Source of the DNA: an uncultured Pseudomonas sp.
GTDB taxonomy: Bacteria; Pseudomonadota; Gammaproteobacteria; Pseudomonadales; Pseudomonadaceae
NCBI GenBank assembly: GCA_964578635.1
Contig: CAZOEC010000004.1
Span: 8,268 to 72,267 of the forward strand
Reading direction: 5' to 3'
DNA length: 64,000 nt
Positions within the stretch are counted from its first letter, which is position 1; every line of letters starts with the position of its first letter. Below are positions 58,359 through 64,000 of the stretch, in pieces. The translations under genes were made by a program, and so were the position numbers. Under the pieces are notes generated by a model. It had not been told where the DNA came from. It searched no databases and saw only the letters and a list, made by a program, of their open reading frames with translations.

Positions 58359-59648
58359 ATGTCCCGCTCCGAAATCCTTTTCGCCAACGCCCAGAAGCAC
58401 ATCCCCGGCGGCGTCAACTCGCCGGTGCGCGCGTTCAAAAGCGTCGGCGGCACCCCGCTGTTCTTCAAGCACGCCGAAGGTGCCTACGTCACCGATGAAG
58501 ACGACAAGCGCTATGTCGACTACGTCGGCTCCTGGGGCCCGATGATCCTCGGCCATAGCCACCCGGATGTGCTCGATGCAGTGCGTCGCCAGCTGGAGCA
58601 CGGCCTGTCCTATGGCGCGCCGACCGCCATGGAAACCGAGATGGCCGACCTGGTCTGCGCCATGGTGCCGTCGATGGAGATGGTGCGCATGGTCAGCTCC
58701 GGCACCGAGGCGACCATGAGCGCCATTCGCCTGGCCCGCGGCTTTACCGGCCGCGACAGCATCATCAAGTTCGAAGGCTGCTACCACGGCCATTCCGACA
58801 GCCTGCTGGTAAAAGCCGGCTCGGGCCTGCTGACCCAGGGCGTGCCGAGTTCCGCCGGTGTGCCGGCGGCCTTCGCCAAACACACCCTGACCCTGCCGTT
58901 CAACGACATCGACGCGGTTGAGCAAATGCTCAGCGAAGTCGGTTCGACCGTCGCCTGCATCATCGTCGAGCCGGTGGCCGGCAATATGAACTGCGTGCCG
59001 CCTGCTCCGGGCTACCTGCAAGGCCTGCGCGAGCAGTGCGACAAGCATGGCGTGGTGCTGATCTTCGACGAAGTAATGACCGGTTTCCGCGTCGCCCTCG
59101 GCGGTGCCCAGGCCCATTACGGCGTGACCCCGGACCTGACCACCTTCGGCAAGATCATCGGCGGCGGCATGCCGGTCGGCTGCTTCGGCGGCAAGCGCGA
59201 GATCATGGAATGCATCGCCCCCCTCGGCCCGGTCTACCAGGCCGGCACCCTGTCGGGTAACCCGCTGGCCATGGCCGCCGGCCTGACCACCCTCAAGCTG
59301 ATCAGCGCACCGGGCTTCCACGCCGCCCTCAGCGACTACACCAGCCTGATGCTGCAAGGCCTGCAGGACCGCGCCGATGCCGCCGGCATCCCGTTCGTCA
59401 CCACCCAGGCCGGGGGCATGTTCGGCCTGTATTTCAGCGGGGCGGACGATATCGTCACCTTCGACGACGTGATGGCCAGCGACGCCGAGCGCTTCAAGCG
59501 TTTCTTCCACCTGATGCTGGCGGGCGGCGTCTACCTGGCCCCAAGTGCCTTCGAGGCCGGCTTCACCTCCATCGCCCACGGCGAAACCGAACTGAAGATC
59601 ACCCTGGACGCCGCCGAGCGCGCCTTCGCCGAGCTGAAGAACGCCTGA
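58359..59648 (+). CDS. hemL: Glutamate-1-semialdehyde 2,1-aminomutase
   Basis: [34 protein letters not shown]. Confidence 0.97.
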   Translation: MSRSEILFANAQKHIPGGVNSPVRAFKSVGGTPLFFKHAEGAYVTDEDDKRYVDYVGSWGPMILGHSHPDVLDAVRRQLEHGLSYGAPTAMETEMADLVCAMVPSMEMVRMVSSGTEATMSAIRLARGFTGRDSIIKFEGCYHGHSDSLLVKAGSGLLTQGVPSSAGVPAAFAKHTLTLPFNDIDAVEQMLSEVGSTVACIIVEPVAGNMNCVPPAPGYLQGLREQCDKHGVVLIFDEVMTGFRVALGGAQAHYGVTPDLTTFGKIIGGGMPVGCFGGKREIMECIAPLGPVYQAGTLSGNPLAMAAGLTTLKLISAPGFHAALSDYTSLMLQGLQDRADAAGIPFVTTQAGGMFGLYFSGADDIVTFDDVMASDAERFKRFFHLMLAGGVYLAPSAFEAGFTSIAHGETELKITLDAAERAFAELKNA

Positions 59649-60304
59649 TGCAGTACAGCACGGCACTCTCCGATGGTGTGTTGGCCCTGGCCTGCCTCGG
59701 CTGCGTGGTCGCTATCGGCAAAGCCCGCAAGCACTATGGCGAAGGCGATCAGCCGGCACTGTTCTGCGCCCTGCTGGGCTTTCTGCTGCCGGCTGCGGCC
59801 GCCTCGGTTGGTGTGATGCGCTATGGCGTCGACCCTGACTGGCAGGCCGCACACCTGTGGTTAAGCCAGGCCAGCAGCTTTCTCGCCCTGCCGCTGCTGG
59901 GGGCCGCGGCCCTGGCGCTAGGCCGCGGCTGGGCCTGGAGTCGGCCGAACTGGGGGCGCATCGTGTTGGGCCTGTGCGCCTTTTTCGAACTGTTCCGGCA
60001 GATGAACCTGCTCGACGACTACCGTCTGCTGCTCAACCTGGCCACCTTGCTGCTGATTCTCTATGCCGGCGCAGTGCAATGGCCACGTCGCCTGCCCGTC
60101 GCCGCGGCGGCCGGGGTGGTCGGCCTGTTTCTGCTGGCCGGGCTGGCCGTCGGCACCGAGGGTTTTATCGGCCCGCTGCGCCGCGTCGACCTGTTTCATG
60201 GCCTGCTGACACCGGCTTATCCGCTGCTGGCCTGGCTGCTGCTAAACCTGCCGGGCAGCGCCAAAACAGCTGACCTGGGAGAAAACCCGGTAAAGACTTT
60301 GTAA
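59648..60304 (+). CDS. Hypothetical integral membrane protein
   Basis: TGATG coupling to hemL; about 7 hydrophobic segments; TALSD and D.FH motifs. Confidence 0.75.
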   Translation: MQYSTALSDGVLALACLGCVVAIGKARKHYGEGDQPALFCALLGFLLPAAAASVGVMRYGVDPDWQAAHLWLSQASSFLALPLLGAAALALGRGWAWSRPNWGRIVLGLCAFFELFRQMNLLDDYRLLLNLATLLLILYAGAVQWPRRLPVAAAAGVVGLFLLAGLAVGTEGFIGPLRRVDLFHGLLTPAYPLLAWLLLNLPGSAKTADLGENPVKTL

Positions 60305-60395
60305 GAACGCCGCTGCTTATTTCATAATGTGAAGGCCGACGCGTTTCGTCGGCCAGGCACACCGCCTGTTCTGCATCCGAGGTAAATGGATTTTC

Positions 60396-60947
60396 ATGAA
60401 ACGCACCGGCCGCACCCTGTCCCTGGGCTGCCTGTTGCTCCTGCTCCCCCTGCTCGCCCTGGCGGGCGGCAATACCCTGCTGATCCCTGCCCCCGGCAGC
60501 TGCTCGCTGAATACCGCCCCCGAAGATCTGCCCGACGCCCTCGCTGCCTGCCAACAGGCCGCGCAGAACGGCGATCTGCAGGCCGAGTACGAGCTGGGTG
60601 AGTTCTATTACGACGGCAAGCGCACCGAGCGCGATCTGGGCCAGGCGCTTAAATGGTTCGAACTGGCCTCGCTGCAGGGCCATGCCCCGTCGCAGTATCG
60701 CCTGGGCATGATGTTCTTCCGCGGCGAAGGCGTGCCGGCCAATAACGTCCAGGCTTATATAGTGCTGAAGATGGCGGCGGTGAATGGCTCGGACGAAGCC
60801 ATGGACAGCGCCGACCTGATCGCCGCACAGATGCCCCGCGATGAACTGGAAATCGCCAGCCAGGTGCTCGGGCAGATCTTCCGCAACTACCTGCTGGAGC
60901 TGCAGAACGCCGACGCCCTTACCTCGCCGTTCGCCCCGCTGCCCTGA
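60396..60947 (+). CDS. Sel1-repeat protein
   Basis: Signal peptide, AEYELG..Y..G and SQYRLG.M...GEGV repeats. Confidence 0.9.
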   Translation: MKRTGRTLSLGCLLLLLPLLALAGGNTLLIPAPGSCSLNTAPEDLPDALAACQQAAQNGDLQAEYELGEFYYDGKRTERDLGQALKWFELASLQGHAPSQYRLGMMFFRGEGVPANNVQAYIVLKMAAVNGSDEAMDSADLIAAQMPRDELEIASQVLGQIFRNYLLELQNADALTSPFAPLP

Positions 60948-60970
60948 CTCACCGCAGGCTGAGCTAAGAC

Positions 60971-61050
60971 CGGATGGGTCGAGCCGCGTAGGTTGAGCGA
61001 AGCGATACCCATGCGGCCTGATGATGGGTATCGCAAGCTCAACCCATCCT
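60971..61050. repeat. REP doublet GGATGGG..GAGC.AAGCGATACCCAT
   Basis: GCGATACCCAT / ATGGGTATCGC inverted pair; relic of the same family at about 21601. Confidence 0.7.
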
Positions 61051-61068
61051 TGTATCTGACACGCTTAG

Positions 61069-61206
61069 ACGCGGTTTAAGATCTCGCGAGCTAGAGTCAT
61101 GCAAGGCAAAAACAGGCGAGGAAGCGGAGTGTACTGTTGTACATGAGCATTCCGAGCCTGTTTTTAACGCAGCAGGGCCGACGCGCAGCAGATCGTATGT
61201 AGGTCC
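61069..61206. mobile_element. ERIC-like MITE, copy 4 (same core, different termini)
   Basis: Core GCAAGGCAAAAACAGGCG...GCCTGTTTTTAACGCAG; degenerate ends GGTTTAAGATCT / AGATCGTATGTAGG. Confidence 0.7.
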
Positions 61207-61530
61207 TTATTTGTCCGGCATCGGCATGGGGAAGGGCATCACATTGCCGCCGCCCTTGGCTTCGCTGATCTTCGGCGTGCCCAGACGCTCGACTTCGTCG
61301 ATGCGGATAATTGCGTGCATGGGGATAAAGCTGCGCACCACACCGTCGAACTGCGCCTTGAGCTTTTCTTCGCTGGGGTCGACCACCACCTGGGTGCGCT
61401 CACCAAAGACGAACTCCTCCACCTCCAGAAAGCCCCACAGATCGCTTTGAAAGATCTGCTTGGCGTACATCTCGTACACCTGGCCCTGGTTGAGGAAAAT
61501 CACCTTGTAGATAGGCTCGCGTTTGCTCAT
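61207..61530 (-). CDS. DUF1820 family protein
   Basis: YKVIFLNQG.VYE.YA, VDPSEEKLK.F, IPMHAIIRIDEV. Confidence 0.88.
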   Translation of the reverse strand: MSKREPIYKVIFLNQGQVYEMYAKQIFQSDLWGFLEVEEFVFGERTQVVVDPSEEKLKAQFDGVVRSFIPMHAIIRIDEVERLGTPKISEAKGGGNVMPFPMPMPDK

Positions 61531-61664
61531 GGCTATGCAGTTCGCACCGGGGGTTAATTTTGGAGGGCGCAAATCATAGCATAGCCGCCGAGCAGCCAAT
61601 GCTAGGAACCCGAGCCTTCGGCCTCTATAATGCGCGGTTCTTCGATCCCCCTTGTTGAGCGCGC

Positions 61665-62993
61665 ATGACCAAGAAGCTTTATATCGAAACCCACGGTTGT
61701 CAGATGAACGAGTACGACAGCTCGCGCATGATCGACCTGCTGGGCGAACATCAAGCCCTGGAAGTCACCGAGAAGGCAGCAGACGCCGACATCATCCTGC
61801 TCAACACCTGCTCGATCCGCGAAAAAGCCCAGGACAAGGTGTTCTCGCAACTTGGCCGCTGGCAAAAGCTGAAGATTGCCAATCCGGACCTGGTGATCGG
61901 CGTCGGCGGCTGTGTGGCCAGCCAGGAAGGCGCGGCGATTCGTGATCGCGCGCCCTACGTCGACGTGGTCTTCGGCCCGCAGACCCTGCACCGCCTGCCG
62001 GAAATGATCGATGCCGCGCGCACCACCAAGATCGCCCAGGTCGATATCAGCTTCCCCGAGATCGAGAAGTTCGACCGCCTGCCCGAACCGCGCGTCGACG
62101 GCCCCAGCGCCTACGTGTCGGTAATGGAAGGCTGCAGCAAGTACTGCACCTTCTGCGTGGTGCCTTATACCCGCGGCGAAGAAGTCAGCCGCCCGATGGC
62201 CGATGTGCTCGGCGAGATCATCCACCTGGCCGAACACGGCGTGCGCGAAGTCACCCTGCTCGGGCAGAACGTCAACGGCTACCGCGGCGCGACCCAGAAC
62301 GGCCAGATCGCCGACTTCGCCGAGCTCCTGTATGCCGTGGCCGCCATCGACGGCATTGACCGTATTCGCTACACCACCAGCCACCCGCTGGAGTTCTCCG
62401 ACGCGCTGATCCAGGCCCATGCCGAGATCCCCGAGCTGGTGAAATACCTGCACCTGCCGGTGCAGTCGGGCTCGGACCGCATTCTCGCGGCGATGAAGCG
62501 CAACCACACCGCACTGGAATACAAATCGCGCATCCGCAAGCTGCGCGCCGCAGTGCCGGACATCCTGATCAGCTCGGACTTTATCGTTGGTTTCCCCGGT
62601 GAAACCGAGAAGGACTTCGAGCAGACCATGAAGCTGGTCGAGGATGTCGGTTTCGACTTCTGCTACTCCTTCGTCTACAGCTCGCGCCCTGGCACCCCTG
62701 CAGCCGATTTGCCCGACGACACCCCGCTGGAGCTGAAAAAACAGCGCCTGGCATTGCTGCAACACCGCATCACCCAGCAGGGCTTCGAAAATAGCCGACG
62801 AATGGCGGGCACCGTGCAACGCATCCTGGTCAACGATTACTCGAAGAAGGACCCTGGCATGCTCCAGGGCCGCACCGAGAGCAACCGAGTGGTCAACTTC
62901 CGCTCCGATAACCCGCGCCTGATCGGCCAGTTTGTCGACGTGCATATCGACGAAGCCATGCCCAACTCGCTGCGCGGCACCCTGCTCGCCTAG
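61665..62993 (+). CDS. miaB: tRNA i6A37 methylthiotransferase
   Basis: [23 protein letters not shown] radical SAM motif, TRAM domain. Confidence 0.97.
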   Translation: MTKKLYIETHGCQMNEYDSSRMIDLLGEHQALEVTEKAADADIILLNTCSIREKAQDKVFSQLGRWQKLKIANPDLVIGVGGCVASQEGAAIRDRAPYVDVVFGPQTLHRLPEMIDAARTTKIAQVDISFPEIEKFDRLPEPRVDGPSAYVSVMEGCSKYCTFCVVPYTRGEEVSRPMADVLGEIIHLAEHGVREVTLLGQNVNGYRGATQNGQIADFAELLYAVAAIDGIDRIRYTTSHPLEFSDALIQAHAEIPELVKYLHLPVQSGSDRILAAMKRNHTALEYKSRIRKLRAAVPDILISSDFIVGFPGETEKDFEQTMKLVEDVGFDFCYSFVYSSRPGTPAADLPDDTPLELKKQRLALLQHRITQQGFENSRRMAGTVQRILVNDYSKKDPGMLQGRTESNRVVNFRSDNPRLIGQFVDVHIDEAMPNSLRGTLLA

Positions 62994-63193
62994 CGGGCAG
63001 AAGCACCCGGAATCGCCCCCGCCGGCGCTATTCGACAGCCGGCGCGGCACGGGCTGCGGGCCAAGCCTGCCGAGCGGAAATCAAATCCATATAAAGGCAA
63101 TGCTAAAGTCGCAACAGTCCGAGCTTTCCCGCGCGAACACCTAGCGCTATTCTTCGCCCATTACCCCAGCCGACTGGCGGCCATCAAACGACC

Positions 63194-64000
63194 TTGAACA
63201 CACCCATAGAACCCCATCGTTTTATCCTTGAACCCTTTGAGGCCCGCCGCTTCGCTAACCTCTGCGGCCAACTCGACGAGCATCTGCGTTTGATCGAGCA
63301 GCGCCTGGGGATCGAAATCCGCAACCGCGGCAACCAGTTCGAACTGATCGGCGCACCGGAGCAGACCAGCTCCGCGGAACAACTGCTGCGCCGCCTCTAT
63401 CGCGAAAGCAAGAGCACCGAGCTGTCGCCCGACCTGGTTCACCTGTTTCTACAGGAGTCCGGCATCGAAGAGCTGGCCAACCCCATCGCCGAAGCCAGCG
63501 TCGCCCTGCGTACGCGCAAGGGCATGATCCGCCCGCGCGGGGTCAACCAGCAGCGCTACGTCAAAGCCATCCTCGAGCACGACATCAACTTCGGCGTAGG
63601 CCCGGCCGGCACCGGCAAGACCTACCTGGCGGTGGCCTGCGCCGTGGACGCCCTGGAGCGCGAGCAGATCCGCCGCATCCTGCTGGTGCGCCCGGCGGTA
63701 GAGGCTGGCGAGAAGCTCGGCTTTCTGCCCGGTGACCTGTCGCAGAAGATCGATCCCTACCTGCGCCCACTGTACGACGCACTCTACGAGATGCTCGGCT
63801 TCGAGCAGGTGGCCAAGCTGATCGAGAAGCAGGTGATCGAGGTCGCGCCGCTGGCCTATATGCGCGGCCGCACCCTGAACAACAGCTTTATCATCCTCGA
63901 CGAAAGCCAGAACACCACACTGGAACAGATGAAGATGTTCCTCACCCGCATCGGCTTCGGCTCGACCGCGGTGATCACCGGCGATATCACCCAGGTCGAC
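63194..64000 (+). CDS. phoH: PhoH family ATPase (YbeZ-like), truncated by the window end
   Basis: TTG start MNTPIEPHRF; GPAGTGKT, RPAVEAGE.LGFLPG, YMRGRT, DESQN. Confidence 0.93.
   Translation, partial: MNTPIEPHRFILEPFEARRFANLCGQLDEHLRLIEQRLGIEIRNRGNQFELIGAPEQTSSAEQLLRRLYRESKSTELSPDLVHLFLQESGIEELANPIAEASVALRTRKGMIRPRGVNQQRYVKAILEHDINFGVGPAGTGKTYLAVACAVDALEREQIRRILLVRPAVEAGEKLGFLPGDLSQKIDPYLRPLYDALYEMLGFEQVAKLIEKQVIEVAPLAYMRGRTLNNSFIILDESQNTTLEQMKMFLTRIGFGSTAVITGDITQVD

Overview
GC-rich Pseudomonas-type chromosomal window, mostly core genes. From memory, the right half follows the P. aeruginosa order tesB ... hrpB-fieF-lrp-rluE-amn-aidB-like-tetR-ladS-thiD-thiE-hemL-miaB-phoH. The left part holds a copper-acquisition cassette (DUF2946, PepSY, PCuAC), a LysR/ABM/MDR-oxidoreductase unit, a Bcr MFS plus RND/MFP pump divergent from a NalD-like TetR, the copZ-copA-cueR locus with twin CueR promoters, and a class C beta-lactamase with no adjacent ampR. 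Intergenic spaces are dense in GTAG-type REP doublets and in an ERIC-like MITE family, one copy carrying nested inserts. I saw no tRNA/rRNA, CRISPR array, transposase, integrase or prophage, and no clearly novel multi-gene system. Best leads: an unannotated structured ~190-nt RNA divergent from the Lrp/AsnC gene, NalD beside a local RND pump with a matching operator, a DUF2946 leader ending in RASP, output-less PAS sensor modules, and the modular MITE family. Start codons were adjusted by eye, and all family and homologue calls come from recalled motifs, not database searches.
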